DNA of 64,000 bases, taken from positions 30,642-94,641 of the forward strand of contig CAZRXE010000825.1 of the NCBI GenBank assembly GCA_964603695.1. Direction: 5' to 3'. Position numbers and translations under genes: made by a program. Under the pieces are notes generated by a model. The model saw nothing but the letters and a program-made list of their open reading frames with translations. It had not been told where the DNA came from and made no database searches. Below, one piece after another: positions 21,077-32,017 of this stretch. Each line of letters starts with the position of its first letter. The stretch's first letter is position 1. This stretch comes from an uncultured Heliomicrobium sp. GTDB lineage: Bacteria; Acidobacteriota; Blastocatellia; RBC074.

Positions 21077-22783
21077 TCAGGCAGGCTGTTTTTTCAACCT
21101 GCGCAGCCGGTTAAAGACAGGGGATAGCTGCGCTTGCAAGTTGCGCCGCTCGTCTTCGCTGTGAAACCCGCGATAAAGCAGCGCCGCCACCAGCACGACG
21201 TAAACCACACCACACACCGCCAGCACAGGCAGAATCTGCCAGCGTCCCGTGCCCGCCCACACCAACGCTGGACGCGCCAGCCAGGCACAGAGGAATCCAA
21301 CGAAATACGGAGCAACACCCGGCACAAGCACTTGTCGTGTGTAGACGCTCATCCGCAAACCTAGATAACGATTGGTGAACGCCTGATAGAACAGCGCGCT
21401 CAGCACCATGCTCAACGCCACCGCCACGCAAATGACGATCACCGTTTTGCCGAACCAAACAAATCCCAGCCCGACTGTCAGTGCCACCAGCGCCAATTGC
21501 GTGCAGGGGTAAAACAATTCGCGCGACGGTTTGCCCGCGCTGCGATGAAAGGCTGAAGCCGGCCCGGTTAGTTCGTTCATCTGATACGGCAGACAAACCA
21601 GCGACAAAATCAGCGAAGCGGTTTGAAACTTCTCGTCCGCGCCGATCCAGGCCGCCAGCACCGGCGCGGCAAAGGCGGCCAGAAAGCCTAACACCGCGCC
21701 CATCATCATGTTCAGGTAGCGCGCGCCGCGCAGGTACAACGCCACGACTTCGTTGTGTTTTTCCAGGCTTTGCATCTGCGCCATGGCCGGCAGAAAAACG
21801 CTGTTCATCGAAGCCGGCATCTGGCTGGCCATGACGGGCAGCTTTTCGCCCACATCGAGCAAACCCGTCGCCTGCACGCCAATGAACACGCCCGCAATCA
21901 GTTTTTCGACCGAATACAAAAACATGCCCATCAACCCCGAAAGCTGGACGATGGCCCCGTAGCCGTAAAACAACCGCAACATCGCCCGGTCGAAATAACG
22001 CGGCCCCAGCGACAATCCCGGCATGGCGCGATAGCACAAAACCACATACGCCGCCGTCGCAAACAGGTAACGAATGACAAACGCCCAGAGCAGCGCATAA
22101 ATCCCGAATCCGCCAATGAGCAGGCCAACAATCAACAATGCTTCCAGGCAGTACGAAATCACCCAGACCACATTTTGTTTGGTGATTTGCTGCAACCCGC
22201 TCAGCACGTAAGCGAACGCCCCGAAGCTGAGATCGAGCATGAAGGTCGCCGCCGTTCCGAACATCAGCACAAATGCCGTTTGCCGCTGCGCTTCCGGTAC
22301 GTTCAGCCGCACAATGAACGACGGCAGCACAAACCAGAGCGTCGCCAGTAACACCAAACAAACCGCCGACACTACCGCCAGCCCGGTCGAAAGCAGCCGA
22401 TTGATTTTTTCTTGCTCGCCGTGCGTGTGGTATTCGGCAATGTAGCGCACGTAAACGTTGGAAACGCCGAACGCGCTCATTCCCAGATAGCCGATCAAAA
22501 TGAAGCAACTGGCCCAGATGCCGTATTCGGCCAGCGACACGTAACTGAGCGTCAACGGAGGCAGAAAAAATCGCGTGGCCATGTAAAACACTCGCGCCAC
22601 CAGATTGGACGAGACGTTTTGAAACAACGCTTTTTTTCGCGCTGCCTTGCCGTCGTCGCTGTCTTGCAGAACGGGCGCAGGTTGCGGCGTGTCTTCATTT
22701 GAAGCCGCGATGGAATCGGCCTTTGCGTTCATTTCATCACCTGTTGATAGAGCCGTGAGGCTGCTTCGATTTTGGCATCCCAC
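21077..22783 (-). CDS. Polysaccharide biosynthesis protein, Wzx-like flippase (PST/MOP family).
   Basis: 568 aa, about 12-14 predicted TM helices. It lies among the glycosyltransferases of a Wzx/Wzy-type locus. Confidence 0.75.
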   Translation of the reverse strand: MGCQNRSSLTALSTGDEMNAKADSIAASNEDTPQPAPVLQDSDDGKAARKKALFQNVSSNLVARVFYMATRFFLPPLTLSYVSLAEYGIWASCFILIGYLGMSAFGVSNVYVRYIAEYHTHGEQEKINRLLSTGLAVVSAVCLVLLATLWFVLPSFIVRLNVPEAQRQTAFVLMFGTAATFMLDLSFGAFAYVLSGLQQITKQNVVWVISYCLEALLIVGLLIGGFGIYALLWAFVIRYLFATAAYVVLCYRAMPGLSLGPRYFDRAMLRLFYGYGAIVQLSGLMGMFLYSVEKLIAGVFIGVQATGLLDVGEKLPVMASQMPASMNSVFLPAMAQMQSLEKHNEVVALYLRGARYLNMMMGAVLGFLAAFAAPVLAAWIGADEKFQTASLILSLVCLPYQMNELTGPASAFHRSAGKPSRELFYPCTQLALVALTVGLGFVWFGKTVIVICVAVALSMVLSALFYQAFTNRYLGLRMSVYTRQVLVPGVAPYFVGFLCAWLARPALVWAGTGRWQILPVLAVCGVVYVVLVAALLYRGFHSEDERRNLQAQLSPVFNRLRRLKKQPA

Positions 22784-23964
22784 GAATAATCTTTTTCCGC
22801 GCGGCGACGGCCTTCGAGTCCGCGTGCGCGCCAGTCGTCCGGACGCTGCACCACGTCGCGCAAGGCGCGGATGAATCCGTCAATCACCGCTTGCGGCCCG
22901 CTGGGTGCAATGCCGCATCCCACGCCGTCATCCACAATTTCCGCCGGCCCGCCATACGCCACGGCAATCACAGGCCGCGCTGAAGCCATCGCTTCCAACA
23001 ACACAGCGCCGCCAGATTCGCGCACCGAAGGCAGACAAAACACGTGCGCCGCCCGCATGTGTTCGGCCACTTGATCGAGCGTCTGCGCGCCGACGAAGCG
23101 AATTTGATTGGCAAGGCCCATTTTTTCGGCTTGTGCCTTCCATTCCGTTTCCATTGGGCCGTCACCGGCGACGGTTAATTCCATCGGGAACTCCTGGCGC
23201 AACTGCACCATCGCTTCAAACAACAGCGGCAAGGCTTTGGCCGGGATCAATCGCCCGACAAACAGCAATCGCAGCGGATTTGTTGCGGAAGGCGGTTCCG
23301 GCCATTCCATCGCGGTGAAGCGCGACAGTTCCACGCCGTTTTCGAGCATTGGCACAATCCGCGCGCGATGGCGTTGTGCGATGCTGTTAACCGTTGCTTC
23401 GGTCGCCGTCAAAAAACGCGCCGCATTGCGCGAAGAACCAATTACCCAATCCAGCACGCGCCCGAAATACCGAATCGGATACAGCCAGGTGGATTCGCCG
23501 CGCAGCGTTTCGCGAAAGGCGCTGGGCGTTTCCAGACCCGCATTCAAAGGCCCCAGCAGCACAGGGCAGCCCAGTTGATGCAATCGCGTCGGCGCAGAAG
23601 TCGAAACCGGCGAGACCATGTGCGCCACGTCCCATTGCTGGCCCCGCTGTTTCAGCCGCTTGACGGCCACGTAATCGAAGACGAAAAAATCCAGCGACGA
23701 CACCAGAAAGACCGAATGCTGGCTTTTCGGAAACAGTTTTGACGCCAGCCGGTACAGCGGCCCGGCAAACCATTCCGTGTCAACGTAAAGGATTTCCGGC
23801 CCGTTCCAGGGAGCGTTTGTCTTGCTGATGGCTTCGCGGTTGCGGACGTGTGTGACCAGCGTGACGCGGTGTTTGGCGGCCAGTCGCGCATACCATTCCC
23901 AACCGATTTGTGAAACGGAACCCATGCCCGGCCCGCATTGATAAGCCATCAACAAAATATTCAT
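22729..23964 (-). CDS. Glycosyltransferase family 4.
   Basis: GT-B architecture with C-terminal '[20 protein letters not shown]' (E-x7-E motif region). Confidence 0.8.
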   Translation of the reverse strand: MNILLMAYQCGPGMGSVSQIGWEWYARLAAKHRVTLVTHVRNREAISKTNAPWNGPEILYVDTEWFAGPLYRLASKLFPKSQHSVFLVSSLDFFVFDYVAVKRLKQRGQQWDVAHMVSPVSTSAPTRLHQLGCPVLLGPLNAGLETPSAFRETLRGESTWLYPIRYFGRVLDWVIGSSRNAARFLTATEATVNSIAQRHRARIVPMLENGVELSRFTAMEWPEPPSATNPLRLLFVGRLIPAKALPLLFEAMVQLRQEFPMELTVAGDGPMETEWKAQAEKMGLANQIRFVGAQTLDQVAEHMRAAHVFCLPSVRESGGAVLLEAMASARPVIAVAYGGPAEIVDDGVGCGIAPSGPQAVIDGFIRALRDVVQRPDDWRARGLEGRRRAEKDYSWDAKIEAASRLYQQVMK

Positions 23965-24545
23965 GCCGCTCCTTTGGCCGCCAGCGGTTTGGCCGGAACG
24001 CCCGCGACGATTGCGCCGGTGGGCACATCGCGCGTGACCACGGCGTTTGCGCCAATCACCGCGCCTTCGCCGATGGTGACGCCGGGCAGGACTGTCACGC
24101 CGCGTCCGATCCAGACGTTTCGCTCAATCGTGATGGGCGCGGAATCGTGTCCGGTATGGCGCACCGAACCGCCATCATTTAACCGGTGGTTGGCGTCGCG
24201 GATGCTGGTGTATTCGCCAATCATCGCGCCTTCGCCAATGGTGATGCGCGCAAACGAAACGATGTGCGTGCCGCGCGAAATCACCACGCCATTGCCGATT
24301 GTGATGCTGCCTTGTTCCTGCGTTTCCAGATACAGCTCGCGGTACAGATACAAGTCTTCGCCCAGACGGATGCGCCCTGTGCCGTGAATTTCCGGCACGC
24401 CCAGCACGACCACCGAAGCGGGCAGCGGCCCGTCAATGCGCGCCGACAAACGCGCGTGCGCCCAGGCTCGGCGCAAGGGTTCAAGCGCGTCCACCAATCG
24501 CGCCACAGGTTTGAGCAATGCCGTTATGAGTGTTTTCAGCATCAC
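23961..24545 (-). CDS. Hexapeptide-repeat (LbH) acetyltransferase, WcaF/WbbJ-like.
   Basis: '[60 protein letters not shown]'. 4-bp overlaps with both neighbouring genes. Confidence 0.8.
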   Translation of the reverse strand: MMLKTLITALLKPVARLVDALEPLRRAWAHARLSARIDGPLPASVVVLGVPEIHGTGRIRLGEDLYLYRELYLETQEQGSITIGNGVVISRGTHIVSFARITIGEGAMIGEYTSIRDANHRLNDGGSVRHTGHDSAPITIERNVWIGRGVTVLPGVTIGEGAVIGANAVVTRDVPTGAIVAGVPAKPLAAKGAA

Positions 24546-25555
24546 GATTCCGTTTTCTTGTATTCGATCAGCCGTCGCCGCCGCCCGGCTTTTCGGTCGC
24601 GCCAGTAACTCAATTGGCCGAAGAGTATCGGCACCTGCTGCACGTGCGAATGGATTCCGTAAAGCAGGCGGGTCAGCGGTTCCGGCGATTTCCAGCCGAC
24701 TTTAAGCGCCGTGCGCAGCGCCAGCAGCAGAAAAAGTCCCAACGCAATCAGCAACGGCCACACCGACAGCAACACGAGCGAACCGAGCAGACCGGCTGCG
24801 CCCAATCCCAAAATGACTGAGCCGTGAATCAGTGTTCGTTTGACTTCGCGTTCCCACAGCGGCTGGCCTGTGCCGCGAAAACGGTCGGAGACTTCGGCAT
24901 AAGCGTGGCCGGCGCGAAAGGCTCTGCGCCAATACTGCGACCAGCGCGTCATCGCCAGATCGTGACCGGTCATGGGCAAATCCAGATGTTGAATGACGTA
25001 GCCGCGTGAACGCATGCGGCGGCACATTTCCGGCTCTTCGCCCGCAATCAGCGTTTCGTCGTAACCGCTCACTTCTGCCAGCACCGCGCGCCGCATCAGC
25101 GCATCGCCGCCGCAAAATTCCGAAGGCCCCGGCGGATACACCCAATCCAGATCGAGCACGCGGTTGTAAATGGAATTTTCAGGATGCAATTCGCGGCGGT
25201 GTCCCCAAACAACAGCGACCTGCGGGTCGGCAAAGGCGCGGCTTGCTTCGGCAACGAAATCAGGATGCAAAACGGTGTCGCCATCCAGAAACAAAATCAC
25301 GGGTGCCTGGGCTGCGCGCCAGCCGGCATTGCGTCCCAACGCCGCCGATGGGCGTTCGGGGTGAACGACGATGACCTGCGCGCCGAGTTCGCGTGCGCGC
25401 TGCGGGCTGCCGTCGGTCGAATCCGAATCCACATAAATGATTTCGACGCCGCCAGAAAGAGGCCTGGCGGCTTTGACCGATTCGATGCAACGGACAAGCC
25501 GCGCGCCTTCGTTGCGCCCAATGATGACCACCGAAAGAGCAGGCGTTTGGTTCAT
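24542..25555 (-). CDS. Glycosyltransferase family 2.
   Basis: '[21 protein letters not shown]', '[10 protein letters not shown]', 'LDGDTV'. Confidence 0.8.
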   Translation of the reverse strand: MNQTPALSVVIIGRNEGARLVRCIESVKAARPLSGGVEIIYVDSDSTDGSPQRARELGAQVIVVHPERPSAALGRNAGWRAAQAPVILFLDGDTVLHPDFVAEASRAFADPQVAVVWGHRRELHPENSIYNRVLDLDWVYPPGPSEFCGGDALMRRAVLAEVSGYDETLIAGEEPEMCRRMRSRGYVIQHLDLPMTGHDLAMTRWSQYWRRAFRAGHAYAEVSDRFRGTGQPLWEREVKRTLIHGSVILGLGAAGLLGSLVLLSVWPLLIALGLFLLLALRTALKVGWKSPEPLTRLLYGIHSHVQQVPILFGQLSYWRDRKAGRRRRLIEYKKTES

Positions 25556-26610
25556 CGCAATCCTCCCATCAACAATCGTCTGTAATCCGCCGAACGCGCC
25601 GCCGCAGAAAAGCGCGTCGCCAATGCCTGTCGCGCGCCGGCCACCACGCGATTGATCAAGTCCGCCGGAGCCTGACTCAATTCGCGCAAACGCGCTGCCA
25701 GCGCATCGGCCTGATTCGCCGCAAAGCGAAAGCCCGTTACGCCGTCTTCGATCAACGAACCCGCGCCGCCGCTGTCCGGCGCAAGCACCGGCACATTGGC
25801 GGCCATCGCTTCGATGATGGCCAGTCCGAAAGGCTCTTCCGGGCAGGTGTGAACCAGCAAATCCGCCTGCGCCAGTTCGCCGGCGACATCGTTGTGAAAA
25901 CCCGCAAAGTGAATGTTGGGATTGTTGGCCGCTGCGCGCGCGCGCATTTCGTCGAGTTGCCAGCCTGTGCCGTAAACGGACACCGGCAGCGTTTTAAGTT
26001 CAGTGTGCCGGTCAAACGCGTCCAGCAACACGTCCAGCCGCTTGATCGGGTCTACACGGGAAATGACGATCAGCTTGCGCACGCCGGCTTGCGTAAATTC
26101 CGCACGTTTGGGCGCGGCGGCAATTTGCGCATCAGGCAGGAAATTTTCGATGACGGTGATTTGTTCGGGCGCGACGCCATTGGCGATCAAACGCTCTTTG
26201 ACAAAACCGGAAACGGCCACAAAGGTGACGGGCGCGCCGTTCAATTTGCGTTTGCGCCCATAACTCAGCGCTTCATCCGTGCCGCCATGCACCATATGCA
26301 GATGCACGACCTTGCGGCGGTAAAGTTTGTTCCAGGCCAGACAGGCCAGCGAATGCGTAACGCCGGTGGCGACAAAGGCCAGTGTTTTATGTTGACCCAA
26401 AAAAGGACGCAGCTTCCAGGCGAATTCCAGCGGACTTGTGAAAGCTTCGGCGGCAAAGCCCATTTGCGCGGCTTCTCCAAGCGCGGGGCCGGGCGGCGCG
26501 AAAATGACCGGCTCGAATTCATCGGCCAGACTGGCCGCCGTTGCCAGCGCCATGCGCTCTGTGCCGTACAGATTGCCGCTGTGCAGCGCGTAGATGAGGG
26601 GGAGTTTCAT
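25552..26610 (-). CDS. Glycosyltransferase family 4.
   Basis: GT-B. 'EEPFGLAIIEAMAANVPVLAPDSGG'. Confidence 0.8.
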   Translation of the reverse strand: MKLPLIYALHSGNLYGTERMALATAASLADEFEPVIFAPPGPALGEAAQMGFAAEAFTSPLEFAWKLRPFLGQHKTLAFVATGVTHSLACLAWNKLYRRKVVHLHMVHGGTDEALSYGRKRKLNGAPVTFVAVSGFVKERLIANGVAPEQITVIENFLPDAQIAAAPKRAEFTQAGVRKLIVISRVDPIKRLDVLLDAFDRHTELKTLPVSVYGTGWQLDEMRARAAANNPNIHFAGFHNDVAGELAQADLLVHTCPEEPFGLAIIEAMAANVPVLAPDSGGAGSLIEDGVTGFRFAANQADALAARLRELSQAPADLINRVVAGARQALATRFSAAARSADYRRLLMGGLR

Positions 26611-26763
26611 ACGCTACTCTAAAATGTAAGTAGTCGAACAGAGGTTTGTCCGTAATTTCATTTCCCATTTGTTATTTGTGATTTGTCATTGGTCATCGCC
26701 TGAAGCCATCACAGCAATGACAAATGACAATTGAAAAATGGCAAATGGAAAATGGAAAAATCC
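26611..26763. promoter_or_regulatory. AT-rich 153-bp intergenic element inside the locus, with a 26-bp imperfect inverted repeat and AAATGG tandem repeats. Candidate internal promoter or operator.
   Basis: 'CCATTTGTTATTTGTGATTTGTCATT' is mirrored by the reverse complement of 'AATGACAAATGACAATTGAAAAATGG'. 'AAATGGCAAATGGAAAATGGAAAAA' follows. Composition is far below the GC of the flanking genes. Confidence 0.45.
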
Positions 26764-29019
26764 TTACTTCCACAACCAGGGGGAAAGCAGTTTGCGCGCA
26801 GGCAGCCGCTTGCCGGTTTTGTATTCCTGCAATTGCTCGGCAAATGCGCCGCCTGCTTCGACAAGCTGCACGCGATTCAAAATTGCGCCGAAGGTTGGCG
26901 GTGCCAGTCGTTCCAGCGCCTGCAGGGCGCGTTTGATTTCGCCTTTGGACAGCGCGCCTGCTTCGACGACGAGCAGTGTGGCATCGGCCAATCCAATCAG
27001 CAGTTCCGCATCCACCGAAAGCAGCAACGGCGCGCAATCCAGCAGCACGAATTCATATTGCTCGGCCAATTGGCGGAGCGCCTGCCGATACTGGTCGAGC
27101 GTGGCCAGCGGGCGTTGTGCTGAAATTTCGCCAACCGCCAAACGATCCGGCAGCGTTTCATCGCCTGCAAGCACGGCTTTGCGCACGGTGGTTTGGTCAG
27201 TCAGCACTTCGATCAGACCTTCCTTGTTGGCCCCGCGACTTTGATAACGTTTGTCTGGCGTCAGCGGATTGGCTTCGACGGCGACGGCCTGCACGCCGAG
27301 TTTGGCCAGGAATCGCGCCGTTTCCAGCACAAGAGTGGATGAACCTTCGCCGTTTTTGGTCGAGGTAAAAGCGATGACGCGCGTGCCTTGCGCCAGACGA
27401 TCCTGATTTAACCGCGTTGCCAGACGCAGCAATTGATCCTGCGCGAACTGCTTCGTCTGTTCATCCCGCTGATCCAGAATCCAGGCGACCGGCGGAAATC
27501 CCAGCAGTTTTTGCAACTGCCCGGCCACGTGAATGCGCGGATCGAGTAGATCCACCGCAATAGGCGCAACGGCGGCCAGCGAAATCGCCGCCAGCATCAC
27601 CAGCGCCAGAAGCTTCTTTTTTCCGCCTTTGATCGGCAAATCCGGCACGCGCGCCTCAGACACCACGCGCACCCAGCCCGGCGCTGTGGATTCGAGCGAA
27701 AAGAAATCCACCCGCTCATCCATCGTCGCCAGCCGTTTTTGCAACCGGTCAATGTCCTCGCTCAAGGACACTGCTTCGTAATAGCGCGTGATGAACCAGG
27801 AAGCCTTTTCGCCGAGTGCCGTCACCTGCGCATCCAATTCGCGCTCGACGCGCTGGGTCTGTGCCAGCTCCGCACGGCGTTGATCCAGATAAATTGAGCG
27901 ATAGGATTTCGACAGCGTCCCGGTGGCGCGGGCGATTTCCTCTTCGATGTCGTTCAATTCGCGTTCAATGGCGGGGCGGCCCGGATGTTCTTTGGAAATG
28001 CCGCTCAATTTGGACAGCAACAGGCTGCGGCGGATGTACAGGTTGGATTTCAAACTGTTCAGCCCGGCGTCTTTGCCGGCCTGTTCCTCAGCCAGTGCTT
28101 CCACTGCGGGACGGTCGTTGGCTTCCAGTTTCTTTTCCAGCGCGTTTAATTTCGCTTCGGCCTGAATGCGTTCGCGGCGGGCGTTTTCCAAAGCGTCTTT
28201 GCTTTTGAACAGCAATTGGTCGTAAGGGTTCAACAGCGTGCCGCTGAAAGTGGTCACTCCGATTTCCTGCCCCAAAGCCGTCCGCCGGTCAAACAAGGTT
28301 TTCAATTCCTGCCGCAACCGGTCGCGTTCCTGATTGAGGTTTTCGCGCCGCTGATCCGCGCCGTACAGTTCTTCAGTTTTGGCGTGTTCCAGGTAAGTCG
28401 TCACCACCGAATTGACCACATCGGCGAGTCCTTCGGCCTTGCTGCCTTCCAGACCGATGGTGATTAAATACGAATCCGGCACAGGCTTGATGGACAGTTC
28501 GCGGGCCAGACGTTCCGTCGCGCGGCGGTCGTTTTCGGCTGGCAATTGATACAGCCGCCGTTTGTCGCCCAATCGCTGCAAGGCTTCCGAAACAATGTCG
28601 AAACGGTTGATGGTGTAAATCTGCTGCTGCACGAATTCGCGATACTGGCTGTTGGATTGCAATTCCAACTCCTGATCCGAATTCAGGTTTTTCAGAAAGC
28701 GCGAAGACACGCGAATCGCAGCTTCGGTATAGAATGCCGGTTTGCCCATCATCCAGGCGACAGGCGCGCCCGCTCCCAAAACAATCACGAAAATCGCCAG
28801 CGCCAATCCTTTATGCCGCTTCCAACTGAGTACTGGATTAATGCCGCGTCCGGGTGCGGTGGAAACCACACCTTTGCCCGCCACGGTGGCCACCGCCGGT
28901 TGAGGACTCCATTTTTCCTGTGGTGCGTCGGTCATACTTGGCGCACTTGCTTTCACCGCCAAACTTGCCGCAGCGGCGGCGGAAGCAACAGATTGATTGG
29001 AATCAGACTTCGCCTTCAT
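26764..29019 (-). CDS. Wzc/ExoP/GumC-like polysaccharide co-polymerase with C-terminal BY-kinase (P-loop) domain.
   Basis: Wzz-like periplasmic coiled-coil region between two TM segments. C-terminal 'VIAFTSTKNGEGSSTL', 'VLLDCAPLLLSVDAELL', 'LVVEAG' AAA_31/CbiA-like motifs. Confidence 0.85.
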   Translation of the reverse strand: MKAKSDSNQSVASAAAAASLAVKASAPSMTDAPQEKWSPQPAVATVAGKGVVSTAPGRGINPVLSWKRHKGLALAIFVIVLGAGAPVAWMMGKPAFYTEAAIRVSSRFLKNLNSDQELELQSNSQYREFVQQQIYTINRFDIVSEALQRLGDKRRLYQLPAENDRRATERLARELSIKPVPDSYLITIGLEGSKAEGLADVVNSVVTTYLEHAKTEELYGADQRRENLNQERDRLRQELKTLFDRRTALGQEIGVTTFSGTLLNPYDQLLFKSKDALENARRERIQAEAKLNALEKKLEANDRPAVEALAEEQAGKDAGLNSLKSNLYIRRSLLLSKLSGISKEHPGRPAIERELNDIEEEIARATGTLSKSYRSIYLDQRRAELAQTQRVERELDAQVTALGEKASWFITRYYEAVSLSEDIDRLQKRLATMDERVDFFSLESTAPGWVRVVSEARVPDLPIKGGKKKLLALVMLAAISLAAVAPIAVDLLDPRIHVAGQLQKLLGFPPVAWILDQRDEQTKQFAQDQLLRLATRLNQDRLAQGTRVIAFTSTKNGEGSSTLVLETARFLAKLGVQAVAVEANPLTPDKRYQSRGANKEGLIEVLTDQTTVRKAVLAGDETLPDRLAVGEISAQRPLATLDQYRQALRQLAEQYEFVLLDCAPLLLSVDAELLIGLADATLLVVEAGALSKGEIKRALQALERLAPPTFGAILNRVQLVEAGGAFAEQLQEYKTGKRLPARKLLSPWLWK

Positions 29020-30056
29020 TTCGTCAAACTGGAAAACACCAGCAGCAGCGAAGCGAAAGGATTGACCTTTTCGAGCACGTAGCCCACTTTCGCCAGCCGC
29101 CGGGGCGGCAGGTAAACAATGTCGCCTTCGTTTAACGAGTAATTGAGTTTTGAGTCAGGTTTGAGCAGTTTGTCGAACGTGAATTCGGCTTCAATCTGTT
29201 TGCCTTGCCGAATAATGTGCAGCTTGTTGGTGGAAGCATCGCGCGTCGGGCCGCCGGCCAGCGACAGCGCATCCAGAAACGACATGTTGGGCGTCAGGCG
29301 GTACGCGCCCGGCGTTTTCACTTCGCCCAGCACATAAACAAGCTGATCGTCCGAATCCGGCAAATAGACCAGATCATTGCGCTTCAAACGGATGTTCAGG
29401 GAAAGGTCTGTCGCGTTGAGCAGATTTTTCAGTTCAATCCAGACGACTTTGTCGCGGCCACGGAAGATGGCGCAGCGTGCCAACGCGGCTTTTTCCGCGC
29501 CGACGCCGCCAATCGGCAAACCGCCCGCCCGTGTAATCACTTCCAGCAGGGTCGGCGGATTGTCGAAGTAAAGCGTGCCGGGATTGGTGACACGGCCCAG
29601 AATCATGACGCGATTTGAGGTGTATTTGTCCACGCGCACCGTCACCAGCAAATTGTAGTAATACCGTTCCAGGGATTTTTTAATTTCTTCGGCGGCAGCG
29701 TCGCGTGTCAGCCCGGACACGATCAGCGAACCGGCGTGCTGCAAGGTGATTTTGCCATCCGGCCCAATGATGTGTTTGCCCGAAAGTTCCGGGTGATCCC
29801 ACACCTCTATGCTCAACTCGTCGCCCACGCCCAGCGAATAATCAATTTCATCGCCCGCATCGAACTGCGCCAGCAATTCGGCAGGCGTGAAGCTTTTGGA
29901 TTTATTCGGTGTGTTGAATGTGTCCTGCGGCACAGGTTTGGGCGCGTCCTGCGCAAACAGCGATGTCGCCAACAACAGCAACAGCGTTGGCAACAGCGCC
30001 GGCAGGAAACAATGAGAGCTAATTTTTTTCAGTACCTCGTGCATTCCTCGTTCCAC
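29016..30056 (-). CDS. Polysaccharide export protein, Wza/GumB-like (Poly_export plus SLBB).
   Basis: Signal peptide. 'YSLGVGDELSIEVWDHPELSG' Poly_export motif. SLBB-like repeats. 4-bp overlap with Wzc. Confidence 0.85.
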   Translation of the reverse strand: MERGMHEVLKKISSHCFLPALLPTLLLLLATSLFAQDAPKPVPQDTFNTPNKSKSFTPAELLAQFDAGDEIDYSLGVGDELSIEVWDHPELSGKHIIGPDGKITLQHAGSLIVSGLTRDAAAEEIKKSLERYYYNLLVTVRVDKYTSNRVMILGRVTNPGTLYFDNPPTLLEVITRAGGLPIGGVGAEKAALARCAIFRGRDKVVWIELKNLLNATDLSLNIRLKRNDLVYLPDSDDQLVYVLGEVKTPGAYRLTPNMSFLDALSLAGGPTRDASTNKLHIIRQGKQIEAEFTFDKLLKPDSKLNYSLNEGDIVYLPPRRLAKVGYVLEKVNPFASLLLVFSSLTK

Positions 30057-30074
30057 TCTGAAGCAGAAACATTG

Positions 30075-30755
30075 TCAGCGCAGCGCCGCTGTCAGCATTC
30101 CTTCAATGTCGGCAAAGCGCGTCAGATAGTCCTGATGACTATCTTCAATCACGGCCAGCGCCTCTGTATATCCGTAGATATGCGTGATTTCGACTTTGGC
30201 CGGCTCATCGCCCGGCACATTTTTGTAAGTCAGAAAGTAATGGCGCAGCCGTTCGATTAATGAAGCCGGACAATCGCTGATGTCCCGCCACGCGCCGTAA
30301 GCGGCGTCGCCTTCCATTACGGCAATGATTTTGTCGTCGGCTTCATCTCCATCAATCATGCTCAGGCCGCCAATCGGCACGGCCTGCAACAGAATATCGC
30401 CGTGCGGAATGACTTTTTCGGTCAGCACGCAAATGTCCAGCGGGTCGCCGTCGCCGACCAGTCCTTCGCGCCCGGCGCGTTGCGCCATTCGCGCCGCTAC
30501 GCGCTCGCCGCAATACGTTTGCGGAACCAAGCCATAATTTGACGGGCAGACGTTGGAAAATTTCTGCGGGCGATCCACTTTCAGCAGGCCTGTGGTTTTG
30601 TCCAATTCATATTTGACCGTGTCGCTGGGCACGATCTCGATATAGGCCGTCAACACGCGCGGAGCGTTTTCGCCCATTTCCACCCCGTGCCAGGGATGTG
30701 CCTTGAAAAGCAATCCCATCAATTTCCATAACGGATCGGGTTTGTCTGTTGCCAT
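30075..30755 (-). CDS. ppa: Inorganic pyrophosphatase, family I.
   Basis: 'DGDPLDICVL', 'YIEIVPSDTVKYELDK', 'NYGLVPQTY' signature residues. Confidence 0.9.
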   Translation of the reverse strand: MATDKPDPLWKLMGLLFKAHPWHGVEMGENAPRVLTAYIEIVPSDTVKYELDKTTGLLKVDRPQKFSNVCPSNYGLVPQTYCGERVAARMAQRAGREGLVGDGDPLDICVLTEKVIPHGDILLQAVPIGGLSMIDGDEADDKIIAVMEGDAAYGAWRDISDCPASLIERLRHYFLTYKNVPGDEPAKVEITHIYGYTEALAVIEDSHQDYLTRFADIEGMLTAALR

Positions 30756-30784
30756 TTCTGCTCGCTTTCCTCTTACAAAATGGA

Positions 30785-32017
30785 TTATTGCGCGCGGTAC
30801 TGCACCGAAGCTGCGGCGGGGACAACTTCGGATTTGGTTCGCGCGGCCTGGGCAATCAGTTGGAGCGCGGCGCTCCAGCCTTGTGCCGGATCGTAAAACT
30901 GTTCCTGGTAGGACAAACAGGCGCGGCGTTTGGCTTCATAAAAATTGTCGTCTGCCTGTAACCGCAAAATCGCATCGCCATACGCCGCCACATCGTCCGG
31001 CGGGACTTCGACCACAGCCTCTCGCACGCAGGCAATCGCCGGACAGACTGAAGACGTAATGACCGGACGCCCAGCCAACACGCTTTCAACCACGACCTGA
31101 TTGAAGCCTTCAATGAAATCCGTCGTAGTCGGGACGATGATGACATGCGATTGGCAAAGCATTTGTTGCATCACGTCGCGCGAACAATGGCCATGCGTGC
31201 GAAACCGTGCGCTGACGCCGGCCTGTTCCACAGCGGCACGCAACGCTTCGAGCGCAGAGCCTGTGCCGCATAAATCAAATTCGACCTGCGGTTGCTCTTC
31301 GCGTTGAAAGCGTCGGGCAATTTCCAGCAGATCAAAGACGCCTTTGTTGCGTTCAATTCTGCCGGCAAACAACACGCGGAACGGTGCGCGTTCCGCGGAC
31401 GGCAAAACCGCGTTGGCAAATGTTTCCCGGCGATACGTTGGCAAAAACGGCACCACGGGGCGCGGCTGGCCGCCGGTGATTTGCCGAATCTGTTCGGTGA
31501 TGTCTTCCGACGCGCTCATCACTGCAAAGCAGAATCGCCGAAACAACACGCCCGCCATTCGATTGAGCAACTGTTGCGCCTTGCCGGGCGCTTTGAATTT
31601 CGGCCACAACACGCAATGCACTGTGGGCACAAGCTTGATGCCGAGCAGCGGCAGCAAAAACAAAACAAACCAATGCGTTGTGCCTTCTGCAATCACCGCC
31701 AGATCGGCGCGAAAGCGCCAGGCTGTCCACGCCAGATGCAACCCATAGCGGATTTCCGTCAGGTGATAACCGATGCCGCGCGCAATGGGTTTCGGACGGT
31801 TTTCCAAAGTCATCTGCGCATCCTGAAACCGGTCAACGCGCGGGCACGATGACAACACGAACCCCGTCGCGTCCAGCTCGCGGCAGGCGTCAAAAAACTG
31901 CCCGCTGTAGGTCATCGAAACCTGCGAAGGATCGTCCTGCCCGTTGAGCCAATGCCGGTACGTGCCGACGACATCGCCCGGCCCAGCGGCATAGAAAATT
32001 CGCAAAGAATTGCTCAC
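30785..32017 (-). CDS. Glycosyltransferase family 4.
   Basis: GT-B. 'IEGFNQVVVESVLAGRPVITS'. Confidence 0.8.
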   Translation of the reverse strand: MSNSLRIFYAAGPGDVVGTYRHWLNGQDDPSQVSMTYSGQFFDACRELDATGFVLSSCPRVDRFQDAQMTLENRPKPIARGIGYHLTEIRYGLHLAWTAWRFRADLAVIAEGTTHWFVLFLLPLLGIKLVPTVHCVLWPKFKAPGKAQQLLNRMAGVLFRRFCFAVMSASEDITEQIRQITGGQPRPVVPFLPTYRRETFANAVLPSAERAPFRVLFAGRIERNKGVFDLLEIARRFQREEQPQVEFDLCGTGSALEALRAAVEQAGVSARFRTHGHCSRDVMQQMLCQSHVIIVPTTTDFIEGFNQVVVESVLAGRPVITSSVCPAIACVREAVVEVPPDDVAAYGDAILRLQADDNFYEAKRRACLSYQEQFYDPAQGWSAALQLIAQAARTKSEVVPAAASVQYRAQ

